Shown here in pieces: positions 22,498 through 35,975 of a DNA stretch of 64,000 nucleotides; the stretch's first letter is position 1, and the number at the start of each line of letters is the position of its first letter. Source of the DNA: Octopus sinensis (taxonomy: Eukaryota); contig NC_043014.1 in NCBI RefSeq assembly GCF_006345805.1, positions 50,282,001 through 50,346,000 of the forward strand, given 5' to 3'. Made by a program: the position numbers and the translations under genes. Below the pieces are notes generated by a model, which saw nothing but the letters and a program-made list of their open reading frames with translations, was not told the origin of the DNA and ran no database searches.

Positions 22498-23047
22498 CGA
22501 GAGTGAGTCAAAACTTAATGCCATTTTGTTTAGGACAGATATAATTACCAACAGAGGAACATGTATCATACATCAAAATGAAGCTGGTCCTCTGTGGATC
22601 ACATCCATACTTCTCAACATAGTCACCGTTTCTCTCAATAGTAATGTTCCACCTTCGAATGAGAGCTTGTATCCCTGCTCCGTAAAATTCTGTTGGTTAT
22701 TCTATGAACCACTTCTTTGCTACAGTTTTCACTTCCGCGTCACTGGAATAATATTCGGCCCCATGAAAGAGGGTTTGAGAGGCAAACATTATTCCAGTGA
22801 CGAGGAATATTAGTACTAAAACGGTTGTGAAGTGGCTCAAAGAACAGTCAACAGAATTTTACGGAGCAGGGATACGTGCTCTCATTCGAATGTGAAACAT
22901 TTCTATTGAGAGAAACGGTGACTATGTTCAGAAGTAGGGATGTGATCTACAGAGGAACAGCTTCATTTTGATGTACGATAGATGTTCCTGTGTTGGTAAT
23001 TATACCTGTCCTGAACATAGTTGGAATTACTTTTTAACTCACCCTCG
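22498..23047. mobile_element. Palindromic mariner-derived MITE (550 bp) with TA TSD
   Basis: TA|cgagagtgagtcaaaa...ttttaactcaccctcg|TA. The two ~255-bp arms are reverse complements around a 35-nt loop (22753-22787); the right arm encodes the mariner C-terminus FGPMKEGLRGKHYSSDEE..KWLKEQSTEFY.AGI.ALI....IERNGDYV. Confidence 0.9.
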
Positions 23048-23234
23048 TACCTCCAAACTCTTTGTTTTTTTCTTATTTCTCTTTTTCTCTTTTTTTTTTT
23101 GAAAAGATGTGTGAAAGAATTCTATCTTTCGCTATCTTGCCCATTCTATGGTTATCCTGGAATACATCATCTAATGTGCGCTTGCTTCTGAAAAGTATTT
23201 GATTTCAAATTTTGGAGGAAGGTGGGAATAAGAC

Positions 23235-23400
23235 GCTTACATCGACACCAGGATGCAACTGGTACTACTGTTATCGACCCCGACGGGATGAAAGACAAAG
23301 ATGACTTCAGGCGAATCTGAACCCAGAACGTAAAAACGGACGACATGCTACTAAGTATCTGGCCCAGCGTGCCAACTATTCCCCCACCTTGCCGCCATAT
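23235..23400 (-). mobile_element. Diverged SINE-B
   Basis: acatcgacaccaggatgcaactggtac...tatcgaccccgacgggatgaaagacaaag. Confidence 0.65.
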
Positions 23401-23622
23401 TCTTTCTTGAAATATCAGGAATTAATTGACGAGAAAAGCTTATTACCCGTTTTTTTGTTACTTGTAGACTGCGTAGCCATGCAATTAGAATTCTCCATTG
23501 TCACGAACAGAAATATTTGCGGCTGGTGCCGTGATTCACTTGTTCATTAAATATATATTCTCTGAGAAGCTCGGTTTTATTCTTAGAACACACAGCAAGA
23601 ATAATATAATTATTTCACTTAC

Positions 23623-23698
<76 letters not shown>

Positions 23699-23943
23699 CA
23701 GTTGTATACTGTCAACTTAACGTGACAGTCCCATAAAGAGAGTCACACCACCGCTATTTAGCCCTAGGAAGCATCAACGCTTCCTGTCGGCCTTGACACA
23801 TTTCCTGTGTCCTTATGTTTACAAAGGGGAGACAATCAACCCCAACAGCTAGGCCTGCATCCAGAGACTAGTTTCTGAGTCTTGCTCGTCATCAGTCTGG
23901 AGTAGCATGGCCTTCAGCTGAAGATACCTGTCTAGACATTGTG

Positions 23944-23982
<39 letters not shown>

Positions 23983-24082
23983 CAGAATACACTTGCCCAA
24001 GATGCCACTCCTGCGCCTATATATATATATAGTATATATATATATATATATATATATAGATATATATATATATATATATATA

Positions 24083-24452
24083 GGCGCAGGAGTGGCTGTG
24101 TGGTAAGTAGCTTGCTAACCAACCACATGGTTCTGGGTTCAGTCCCACTGCGTGGCATCTTGGGCAAGTGTCTTCTGCTATAGCCCCGGGCCGACCAATA
24201 CCTTGTGAGTGAATTTGGTAGACGGAAACTGAAAGAAGCCTGTATGTGTGTGTGTGTTTGTCTCCCTAGCATTGCTTCACAACCGATGCTGGTGTGTTTC
24301 CGTCCCCGCCACTTAGCGGTTCGGCAAAAGAGACCGATAGAATAAGTACTGGGCTTACAAAGAATAAGTCTTGCGGTCGATTTGCTCGAGTAAAGGCGGT
24401 GCTCCAGCATGGCCGCAGTCAAATGACTGAAACAAGTAAAAGAGTAAAAGAG
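24083..24452 (+). mobile_element. SINE-A, full length
   Basis: Complete head, core and tail. Confidence 0.9.
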
Positions 24453-25609
24453 TATATATACATATATAATCTTTTCTGGTATTTATTCCGCTTGGAACAG
24501 GATCCGTTTTTACTGTTGCGACAAAGTTATTTCTCCAATGAACACATGGGATGACATTAAGGATGTGTCACCTTTAGTCAAATTCGGAAGGAATTCTTAA
24601 CTATAATATGGTGATCGATCGTTGAAACTGGGATACCAGCCCACAAGACTAAGATTCGAGTCAGATACCCCAAATTATCCCACTCCATACGTAATGTTGA
24701 ATGGAATTCTTATTTCGATCGTATTTGAACACAAAACACTGAGTTATCTGCGAAATCAGATTTTAAATGAACCCTAGCGATTTCCTTCATGTGTGATGGA
24801 TGATTGTTTTCGTGGGACAATGCGAAGCTGGTTTCTTGTTACCTGCTGTTGGCAAGACACACTTTTCTTAGTAAGATACAGACAATTTCTATCTAATTGG
24901 GTCATCTGAACGCAAAGAGCCAGAACAAATACGGCAAAGCATATCGTCCAATGCCCTAGCAATCCTTACGCTCTGAATCTTGACCCATCAAATGCAGAAG
25001 TCGAAGTTGGCGGGATTCAAAATCTGAGCGTTAAGAGTTTGAGTAAATAAATTGAATTAAATCCACCGATCAACGGCCCTGGACTCAGAATTCTATTTTT
25101 GTTTTTGTTGCCCTCAAATAGACGCGATAGAAATTTAAATTCGACAGGATTTGAACTCGGTAACGAAAAGAAAGGGGAAAATGTAATAAAGAGCATAAAT
25201 CTTCTTACCCGAATATCTAATGACTGCCCCAAGTCACCTTCCTGTAGATATCGGCTTCAAACTGTGGCAGAAGCCCGCAGTTTCGGAGTGGGAGGAGTAA
25301 GTCGATTTCACTGACTCCAGTGTTCAACTGGCACTTACTTTATCGACCCGAACCTAAAGACGGACGGAATGCCACTAAGTATTTTACTCGGCCTGCTAAT
25401 AGTTCTGCCAGTTCACATCCGTCAACTCCCTGTAAGCATTAAATCATTGTTATCGTCCTCGATGATGGTTGAAAGAGTAAATTTGTATTTGGCGGAACTT
25501 GAAGTTGAGCTGGAATAAATGCTGAAAAGTGCTGTTGTATGGTATTTTTTAAAAAATGTCTACGAATCCATCACATTAAATGAAGTGCATTATTTTATTG
25601 TCCTCGGAG

Positions 25610-25790
25610 GTTGGCGGAGGTTGGCAGAATACTGAGCGTGTGGGATGAAATGCTTTGCCGCAATCCTCTCTGCTCTCTACTTCCTGAGTTAAATATCCGG
25701 CGAGGTCGACTTCCTCTTTTTTTCTCCTTTCCGGGTCGATTAAATTGAGCAATGGAGTCGATGTAACTGACTATCCAATTTAAGACCCTT
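25610..25790 (+). mobile_element. Old SINE-B-related copy
   Basis: ggttggcagaatactgagc...cctgagttaaatatccggcgaggtcgactt...cctttccgggtcgattaaatt. Confidence 0.55.
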
Positions 25791-26488
25791 TTATAGAGAT
25801 AATTAATTTATTGCCCCCGGAGAGATAAAGAGTTAATACAAACTTGCTGAGACTAGAAAACAGAAGGTAAAGAATCTCAAACACAATACAAATTGCTTTG
25901 TCAAACCTTCAGACAATACCATCAATTCACACTTCTGAACTGGAACATTATTTTATCGATCCGGGAAGGATAGAAGTCGAAACTATCCACGATGTATTTT
26001 AAATTCACAAAGCAAAGAACCGCATAAATACCGCAAGGTAATTTTTTCCAATTCATCTCCGTCTATTCCGTGTTTTTTTCCTTCGCGATATTCAAAGATA
26101 GTTTTAGCAACATTTTATAAGTCTTCCGGAGTTTAAAGTTTTTTTTTTCTCTCACTGGCGTAATGATTTTTATATTTTTCCTTATATTTTGTGCAAAAAA
26201 TTTTTATTCCATAACTTTAGTTTTACATTTTATTAATATGCGGTAGAAGTATTATACACTATTTTGATTTCTTAGATATTTATTCATATAAATATTACTT
26301 TATGTCTACTATTAGAATTGTATTATTTTTTCCGCGGAATAACATTGTCACCACCGCAAACACTTATATATTATATTACGTTACACGAAATCATTAATAT
26401 CTGGGTTTTTTTTTACATTCTTTTCCTTTCAATACGGCAAACACTTCCACGCAGACAGAGATACTCCTCTCCCCCATACACTCACCTC

Positions 26489-26540
<52 letters not shown>

Positions 26541-26786
26541 CATATACGTATACATACATACAAACATGCCTGCATGCTTACATACACACATTTAGAGGGT
26601 TAGATAGATAGATAGATAGATATAATAAAACAATAATATGGTATGAGAGTGTGAGAGATGCATAACATATTATGTATGTGTTTGTCAATTGTGTATGTGC
26701 GTGTGTAAATGTCTGTATATACATTCACAGATATTCCGAACGTACGCATATATATATATATATACTCATATATTTTTCTATCTATA

Positions 26787-26826
<40 letters not shown>

Positions 26827-27289
26827 TATATATATATATATATGTATACAAATATACTTATATAGAAATGTATATATGTGTGTGTATACATATTTACATA
26901 TTTACATATAAGTATGTGCATGTCAATATGCGTATCGGTGTATGTGTGTGTGTGTGTGTGTGCTGTGTGTGTAGGTGGGTGTCATTTATTATTATCTTTT
27001 TACGCATGTTTCTCTTTTTCTGCTCACTGAGTCTTAATTATTGCTTCCTGTGTTGTCATTATACATATGATCGTGATGACGATAATGTCGTCCATCAGCG
27101 TCAGCATCAGCATCATCATCAACGTTTCTTTTACTTTTGTTTTTTCTACATAATGCGAGCAGCACTAGTGACAGTGGCAGCGGCAGCAACGGCAGCAGCA
27201 ATGGTAGCCGTAGCAGCATCAATAGTTCTGGAGTAGTATTAGTGTTAGTACTATTAGTAAGAATATTGGTATCAAAATACTAACCAAAA

Positions 27290-27324
27290 CAACGACAACG
27301 ACAACAACAACAACAACCACAACG

Positions 27325-27364
<40 letters not shown>

Positions 27365-27492
27365 TCATAATAAAATACTATTAATAATAATAATATAAAA
27401 TAATATAAATAATGATAATAATAATAAAAAATTATAAGAATAATAATGATAATAAAAAAATATAATTAAAACAATAGTAATAATAATAATAA

Positions 27493-27539
<47 letters not shown>

Positions 27540-27669
27540 TAAAATATAATAATAATAAAAATACTAATACTAATATAATAATAATAATGATAATAATAAT
27601 AATAATAATAATGATAATAATAATAATAATGATATAATAATAAGAATAATAAATAATAATAATAATAAC

Positions 27670-27706
<37 letters not shown>

Positions 27707-28330
27707 GATAATAATAACAATAATATAAATGGTAATAATGATAATAATTCTCTCCGAATTTAGCCCAGGGCTAGGGATTTTGTGGTGATGTGCTTACTCA
27801 ATTGCAGTGGTTTGAATTTTCTAGGGGTTGCTTTGATTTATAGTACCCGCAGTCGACCACACTATTTTTGTGACTCGGAAAAAAGAGTAAATAAATAAAA
27901 TAAAATGAAATAAAACAGTCATACAAACAAAAAAACAGAAAGGACAAGAAATATAATAATAATAATAGTAATAATACTAATAATACTACTAATAATTAAA
28001 ATAATAATTATAAAGAGTATCGTGATGTTGATGATAATGATGATGATGAAAGTAATAATAATAATTAAAATAATGTTGATGATGATGATGATGATGATGA
28101 CGATGATGACGATGATGATGATGATGACGATGATGATGATTATGATGATGATCATGATGGTGAAGATAATAATAATAATAAGGAATGATGATGATGATAA
28201 TAATGCTGCTCCAGCTGATAATGATGATGATGATGAACGTGAATGATGATGATAACATTTTTGATGTATTTTAGTCATGGTTGTTTTGGTGGTGGTGGTG
28301 GTGGTGGTGGTGGTGGTGGAGTGATGATGA
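27290..28330. repeat. Compound (AAC)/(AAT)/(GAT)/(GGT)n trinucleotide region
   Basis: Direct reading. Confidence 0.9.
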
Positions 28331-28555
28331 GTGATAGTAGTGACGCCGATGGAGAACAATGATAATTATGAAAGTGAATGTTGAAGGAGGGAAAAAATAA
28401 AAAAAAAAGTTAACTGCAAAATGGTGAGAGAATGAGAAAAATTTACGGTCTATATTGAATGGCTAACTTTTTTCACACCAGTTCTGTTTTAAAGACACGG
28501 AAGCATGCAATGTTTTGGCATATTACGTATTTAAACAGCAATAAACAGCTCTCAC

Positions 28556-28595
<40 letters not shown>

Positions 28596-28956
28596 GACAT
28601 ACATACATACATAAATACATATATACACACATACATATATATATATATATATAACATTATATATATATATATGTCTATAAATAATTGTGTAACTATGTAT
28701 GTATATGTGAATGTAAGCTGGAGTATGTACGTATATATATATATATATATATACGTATATGTACGAATATAGATATGTCTTTCCTAGTCTTTTGTATATT
28801 GAATATTTTCGATCGCAAGAAAATTCATGTGTTCTTATAAAGTAAAAATATAAATATCGAACAGTGATTGGAAACCTGAAAGCTTATGTTTTATTCATAT
28901 TCTTATAGGCATACAAACGTACAAGTATATAGATATATATTTACATACAAACCTAG

Positions 28957-29047
<91 letters not shown>

Positions 29048-29244
29048 CAGATAGATAGATAGATAGATAGTTAGAGAGATAGATAGAGAGATAGATAGAT
29101 AGAGAGAGAGAGAGAGATAATACATAGATAGATATGGATATGTGTATGTGTTTGTATTGATATATAGATATAGCGAGAGATATAATTACACACGCATGTG
29201 TTTGTACATTTACGTATATAAAAGAGAAAAGAATACATGCCCCA

Positions 29245-29295
<51 letters not shown>

Positions 29296-29326
29296 CATAC
29301 GTATATAGATATATATACATACATAC

Positions 29327-29361
<35 letters not shown>

Positions 29362-29810
29362 AATATATATATGTATATATATATATGTATGTGTGTGTGT
29401 CTGTGTATGCAGATATGTGTGTGTATATAAGTATGTATACGTTTGTGTACATGTGTATGTAGAGATATGGTTAGGTGGGTCGAGTATACTATTATTGGTA
29501 TTCTTGGTATGGAGCTATTAAATGGTTCTCTGAAACAAGTAATGTAATATATTAAACACGTGTAAGACAAGGAAACAAAAGCTGGTGCGTAAGCGAGGAG
29601 AAAAAAAGAACAAAACAAAATGAAACAAACAAACAAACAAAGAAACAAAAACAAAAAACTGCAAAATGTATGGAAGACAAATTTGCCAGAATATTGTATT
29701 GCTTAACTTTTGCAATAAAGCGAAGGAAAGTTTTGAAGTCAGTGAACAGATATTCCTGGAAACAAGTAATTTATTAGTTACATATATCTATATATATATA
29801 TTATATATAT

Positions 29811-29853
<43 letters not shown>

Positions 29854-29866
29854 GATATACACAAAC

Positions 29867-29936
<70 letters not shown>

Positions 29937-30204
29937 CATATACATATACATTATCAATACATATATATATATATACATATATATACGTAATACATATATA
30001 CAATGTGTATATATGTATATATAATTGCATTTACATATATTTATGTTTACATATATGTATGTATATACATATATGTATATACCTATACATATTAATGTAC
30101 ATATATATTTATAATATAATTGCCTATATATATATATATAAATGTATTTATATATATATGTATACTTATATATACATATACACAGATATATATATATATA
30201 TGTG

Positions 30205-30239
<35 letters not shown>

Positions 30240-30269
30240 ATGTAGGTATGTACATAGACATGTGAGTAT

Positions 30270-30610
30270 GCATGTGTATGTGTGTGTGAGTATGTGTATG
30301 TGTATGTGTGTGTGAGTGTGTGTATGTGTGTGTGAGTGTGTGTATGTGTGTGTGAGTGTGTGTATGTGTGTGTGAGTGTGTGTATGTGTATGTTTTGGTG
30401 AGTTATGTGTATGGTTGTGTGAGTGTGGTTGTATGTGTGTGTGAGTGTGTGTATGTGTGTGTGAGTGTGTGTATGTGTGTGTGAGTGTGTGTATGTGTGT
30501 GTGAGTGTGTGTATGTGTATGTGTGTGTGAGTGTGTGTATGTGTGTGTGAGTGTGTGTATGTGTGTGTGAGTGTGTGTATGTGTGTGTGAGTGTGTGTAT
30601 GTGTGTGTGT
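30270..30610. repeat. 18-bp TG-rich minisatellite (gtgtgtatgtgtgtgtga)n
   Basis: Direct reading, with one diverged interruption near 30390-30430. Confidence 0.9.
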
Positions 30611-30933
30611 TCAATGATGCATTTGATTATGCCTGCGCACGCATATCTGTACTACGTGTAGACACGTGACTGCGAGTGATAATTTATATTTTCATTATTT
30701 GTGAATATGTACATAAGTGTGTGTGAGTGTGCGTGTGTGTGTCCGTGGGTGTGTTTATGTGCCAATATGAACCTAAGTATTATGCTTGCATGTCCATATA
30801 TAATACGTGAGAATGATCGCATGTATTTTGATTAGTTTATTAGCGTGCCATTCACTGTGTCCATAGGTATCACAATACAGACACTTGGACATTATATGCC
30901 ACCCAGCCTCATATACATACACACAAACACAGA

Positions 30934-30987
<54 letters not shown>

Positions 30988-31162
30988 ATATATATATATA
31001 TATACATACATATCAATATTTATGTATATATAGTATCTGTGTATATGTATATAAGATATATATATATATATATATATATCAATAGAATAGGTGTAAGATT
31101 TTGAATTTCTCCCTATAATATTGTATATGACTTGAGATGTTGTTGACGTTCTGTTTTAAAAT

Positions 31163-31232
<70 letters not shown>

Positions 31233-31699
31233 TATATATAAATATTAGCTGTAAAACCCGTCGTTAAATCGGTTTATTACTTTTACTGTTTATCGGGAGC
31301 CACATTAAAAGTATTATTATACGTATAAGTTACTCCTCCTGTATGTGTGTAATTTTAGAAATGAAAACCTTGTAATAATTAAAGTAGAAGAAAGATCAAT
31401 ATCATACATGAACTTGTGTTTGTTTTTGATATGACAATAATAAGGGAGTTGTAAGTGTCATCTTATTTATCTATACAGTAATGGCAACGATATAATATTT
31501 ATTTAAGAGAAAAACATGTAATAACTGAGGTCGAAAAAATCCTTTTCTTACATGAAGTTCTGTTTGTTTATTACATGGTAATAATAAGTGAGATGTATGT
31601 GATATTTTAATTACCAATACACTAATGACAATTATATAATACAATTCATTGAAATAGGTTATTTACTCATTCTTGAATGTAAAGATAGTAACTCCAAAT

Positions 31700-32735
31700 T
31701 AAGTATCCCTGTTGCATTAAGAATGGATATTCCTTTATAAACAATGTGTTTTGTTTTATTTCCGGGTACATAAGTTTTAGTACAAATAGTGAGACTGTTT
31801 GGGTCAATGAAGTTTGTGCACAATTAATTTTGTACCATTGCATAATTTTGGTTGAGACAAAATAAGTAACATAAGAGAAGACAATGAGGAGCTGTACCTG
31901 GTGGTTGTAGTGAGTTAACGGATTCGATGGGATAGTTGATACTATCCGGATCATCAACACCACTGTCACTTGAGTTATAAGTGAAGGGGTTTGGAAGTTT
32001 ACTCAATAGCATATTATGGAGAGAATAAACTAATCAAAATACATACGATCATTCCCAAATATTATGGTATTATAGGCGTAGGAGTGGCTGTGTGGTAATT
32101 AGCTTGCTTACGAACTACGCGGTTCCAGGTTCAGTCCCACTGCGTGGCACAGTGGGAAGGTGTCTTCTACTATAGCCTGGGGCCAACAAAAGCCTTGTGA
32201 GTGGATTTGGTAGATGGAAACTGAAAGAAGCTCGTCGTATATATATATATACATGTGTGTGTGTGTGTGTGTGGCATGTGTCTGTATATGCTTGTTTGTT
32301 TGTGTTTGTCCCCCCAACATCGCTTGACAACCGAGGCTGGTGTGTTTACGTTCCCATAACTTAGCGGTTCGGCAAAAAGAGATACCGATAGAAAAAGTAC
32401 TAGTCTTACAAAGAATAAGTGCTGGGGTCGGTTTGCTCGACTGAAGGCGGTGCTCCAGCATGGCCACAGTCACATGACTGAACCAAGTAAAAGCCTAAAG
32501 AGTATGTAGAGTAACATTTTATGGAGCCGGGAGAGTTCTGTCATCGATGGAATATGTACTGTTGCAATTATGAAGAAGATTAGGAAAGGTTTCATACATC
32601 AAATCATCGACAGAATCAGCTGAATTATATATTGTACTGAGCGTAAGAGACTTCTTCATCAATTGGAATTCTCCCTTCACCGAGTTTCAAAAGCTGCTCT
32701 ACAAATAGTTCAGCTGATTGAACTCTTGCAAGTCC
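31700..32735 (-). pseudogene. Helitron RepHel helicase remnant, copy 2 (split by SINE-A, internally deleted)
   Basis: SAELFVEQLLKLGEGRIP..VDDLMYETFPNL (32735-32510); YPIESVNSLQPPGTAPHCL..KLCNGTKLIVHKL..YVPGNKTKHIVYKG (32040-31700). Confidence 0.8.
32075..32501 (+). mobile_element. SINE-A inserted into the Helitron
   Basis: Complete head, core and tail; the helicase frame resumes on both sides. Confidence 0.9.
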
Positions 32736-33009
32736 GATCTCATATAATAATTGAAGTAGAAAAAGATGAATTTCATATATGAACTTTATTTATTATCAGA
32801 CAATAGTGAACTTTTTTTTAATTATATTTATCAATACAGTAATGGCAATTATATAATAGAGTTCATTGACAGAGGTAATTTAGTCATTCTTGAATGAAAA
32901 GATAGTAACGGGAAATTAAGTTATTGAAGTATTAATGTTGCATTACGATTGAATATTTATAGGTAAACAATGTTCGTTTGTTGTATATCGGGGTGCATAA
33001 ACAGAAAGG

Positions 33010-33450
33010 TGTGCTTTTGCTCCTACATTAAGTTAGCCATGTGAAAAGCATGGTTCTTGAAGTTGCAATACAGCAACTTGTAGTGTTTGGCCTTGAATTT
33101 TATTAATGCTCATGGCGAAAGAACCTCGGATAGGAAACGGTAACCGTTTAAATGGGATATTAAATAGTATACCTGGTATGCAGGGACTAAAGACGGTATC
33201 ACCTTTAAAACAACCGGTGCGAATACTTACCTCATTGCAGTTCCACATAAGTTTGTGCACAATTAATCTTGTACAATGGCATAATTTTGATTGAGACAAA
33301 TTACACAATAGCATAAAAGGAGTCCGATTTTTCAGCTGAAGACAATGAGGAAGTGTACCACGTGGTTCTAGAGCGTTCCAAAATTGGATAGGGTAGTTAA
33401 CACTGTCTTGATCATCAACAACACTGTCAACTTAGTTACAAGTGAATACT
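33010..33450 (-). pseudogene. Helitron RepHel helicase C-terminal remnant, copy 1
   Basis: DSVVDDQDSVNYP...MLLCNLSQSKLCHCTRLIVHKL...FKRLPFPIRGSFAMSINKIQGQTLQVAVLQLQEPCFSHG. Confidence 0.85.
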
Positions 33451-34054
33451 TCTCCAGAAAGAGAGATAGAGAGAGACAGAAAGAAGGAAGAGTGTGTGTG
33501 TGACACAAAGAGAGAGAGAGAGACAGACAGATAGAGAATATAAAGGGGGAGAGAAAATAGAGGAGACGTAGAAAGAGAATCATAGGGAAAGGGGTCTGCT
33601 TTTAGTGTCACATTGTTGGCCAAACAGACAAACAAACAGAAACTCTCTTTTATATATATGTAGATATATACAATTGCCTCTGAATGTGCATTATATATAT
33701 ATATGTTACCAAAATGCAACTCGAAAAAGCCCGCCATTTACATAGATGTATAAAGGGTGAAAATTTCTATATGCTACGTTAGATACATTGGTTGTTCGTC
33801 TGGTATGTTGATTTTGTTCATTCGTTATTAATCTTGAATTATGCTTGCACTGATGATTAAAAAGTGCATTACTGCACTAATTAAGGAATCACATGCTCTT
33901 CAGCTAAATATTGTTTTTAAATGACTTGCTTCGAGAGTTGCATTCGGTACGATGTGTATATTTATTTTGGTAGTTTTGACTTTAAGAGAACCTCCTAGCG
34001 TGTGACATTTATGTATAGTAATGCCGTCTATATAATGTAAATATATCTATATAC

Positions 34055-34090
<36 letters not shown>

Positions 34091-34093
34091 ATG

Positions 34094-34128
<35 letters not shown>

Positions 34129-34140
34129 ATATTTATATAT

Positions 34141-34173
34141 AAATAGGGAGTTACTTTTCATCAATCATCCTGT

Positions 34174-34259
<86 letters not shown>

Positions 34260-34288
34260 GATGATTGTCGAAAAGTAACTCCCTATTT
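34141..34288. repeat. Inverted repeat (34-bp arms) enclosing a (TA)n tract
   Basis: aaatagggagttacttttcatcaatcatcctgta versus tacaggatgattgtcgaaaagtaactccctattt, two mismatches. Confidence 0.9.
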
Positions 34289-34512
34289 TAAAATACGTAT
34301 AATTTATTTAACTATAAATTGTTAGAAAAAGGAATATGCGAAAAAAGCATATTGCATGGAATTTCATTTAAAATCCTATATATATATATAAGCACCAGCA
34401 TTCACCACCAGTTCTCAAGCCACACGGGAACCAATTCGGCTGATTTCAAACAAAATAATCGATTTGAAAACAAAACCAACATAGAATCGTTTCTAAATTA
34501 TATATATATATA

Positions 34513-34773
34513 TATCACGTGATCATGTGACCGACCAGACCATCAAATGTTGTTACACATCGCTGGTCACAATGCGTTCGCATTGTTTTAGCCTTCGAAT
34601 GACGCCACCCCGCTGGCTAAGCAAGCAGGCCAATAGAAGAATGAGTGGGAGAAAGAGTGGTGAAAGAGTACAGCAGGGATCACCGACCCCTGCCTCTTGG
34701 AGCTTTAAGGTGTTTTCGCTCAATAAACACCCACAACGCCCGGTATGGGAATCGAGACCGCGATCCTACGACC
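34513..34773 (-). mobile_element. SINE-C with tail type 2 (5'-truncated)
   Basis: Shared centre gtgaaagagtacagcagggatc...ggagctttaaggtgttttcgctc; tail abuts (TA)n. Confidence 0.8.
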
Positions 34774-35149
34774 TTCGCTCAGTTTTGCCGAACAGGTATG
34801 TTCCAACACACACGATTCATTGAACTAGGAGGACTTTGAGACACCTTAGTTTCGAAATAGCTATGTCACTTCCATCAACGCTACCCTCGGAACGTAGGTA
34901 TAAGCAATTATTTTGAGACTCGCTTGTAGAGGTGAGCAAACAGTTTGTTTGCTGTTACATAGTGATATTTGCCAAGCGACAATATCTCTTTACGTGCCCT
35001 ATATCTTTACGCTGAATTTTATAAATACTTATGCACCACTGCGTTGGCGTCCTTAAAACGCTTCTAACTAAATGTACTTTATTTGTGATTTATTTTGGGG
35101 CACTTGAAGGTTCTAGAAGTGGTAACAATAACCGAAGTGATTGAGTGTT

Positions 35150-35490
35150 TTCTACGGCGAGCAAAATTGAAGTCTATATATACGAAGATCCATAACTTGT
35201 TATAGAAGAAATGTACCTCTTAGGAATTCAATTAAAGTAATTCAAAGAAAATATGTCACTATGTGATAAAGCGCGCTCCGGAAGGCAACCACTCAGTACG
35301 GAAGAAGCTTTTGAATTTAGTCTAAGGAAGTTATTGATATACGCGTCAGTCGAGGTTAATATTTCGTCTTCAACGTTACACAATATTCTGAAATTGAAAG
35401 TGAATTCTTAAATGTTTCAATAGTTTTAGAAGCCACAGGAAGAATATTATCGTACAGAAGAAGGTTTTAGACAATGTACGAAGTCAAAAT
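35150..35490 (+). mobile_element. Highly decayed Tc1/mariner-type transposase remnant
   Basis: Fragments such as DKARSGRQPLSTEE and YASVEVNISSSTLHNILKLK fit the HTH region of Tc1/mariner transposases; many frameshifts. Confidence 0.4.
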
Positions 35491-35507
35491 TTATCAATTC
35501 CCTTGAA

Positions 35508-35975
35508 GGCGCAGGAGTGGCTGTTGGCGCAGGAGTGGCTGTGTGTAGGGGCAGGAGTGGCTGTGTGGTAAGTAGCTTGCTAACCAACCACATGGTTCCG
35601 GGTTCAGTCTCACTGCGTGGCATCTTGGGCAAGTGTCTTCTGCTATAGCCCCGGGCCGACCAATGCCTTGTGAGTGGATTTGGTAGACGGAAACTGAAAG
35701 AAGCCTGTCGTATATATGTATATATATATATATATATATGTGTGTGTGGTGTGTGTGTGTATGTGTTTGTGTGTCTGTGTTTGTCTCCCTAGCATTGCTT
35801 AACAACCGATGCTGTTGTGTTTACGTCCCCGTCACTTAACGGTTCGGCAAAAAGAGACCGATAGAATAAGTACTGGGCTTACAAAGAATAAGTCCCGGGG
35901 TCGATTTGCTCGACTAAAAGGTGGTGCTCCAGCATGGCCGCAGTCAAATGACTGAAACAAGTAGAAGAGAAAAAG
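35508..35975 (+). mobile_element. SINE-A, full length with triplicated 5' end
   Basis: g(g)cgcaggagtggctgt occurs three times before the body. Confidence 0.9.

Larger units (their letters stand above)
31245..33664 (-). mobile_element. Non-autonomous Helitron with both termini and duplicated helicase remnants
   Basis: Minus-strand 5' end A|TCTACATATATATAAAAAGAGAG at 33664; 3' end hairpin (ccgatttaacgacggg) then CTAA|T at 31245; internal Pif1-like helicase fragments. Confidence 0.75.

Noticed and set aside
29934-30614. 226-aa His/Thr-rich ORF
   Set aside because: Translation of the TG-rich 18-bp minisatellite.
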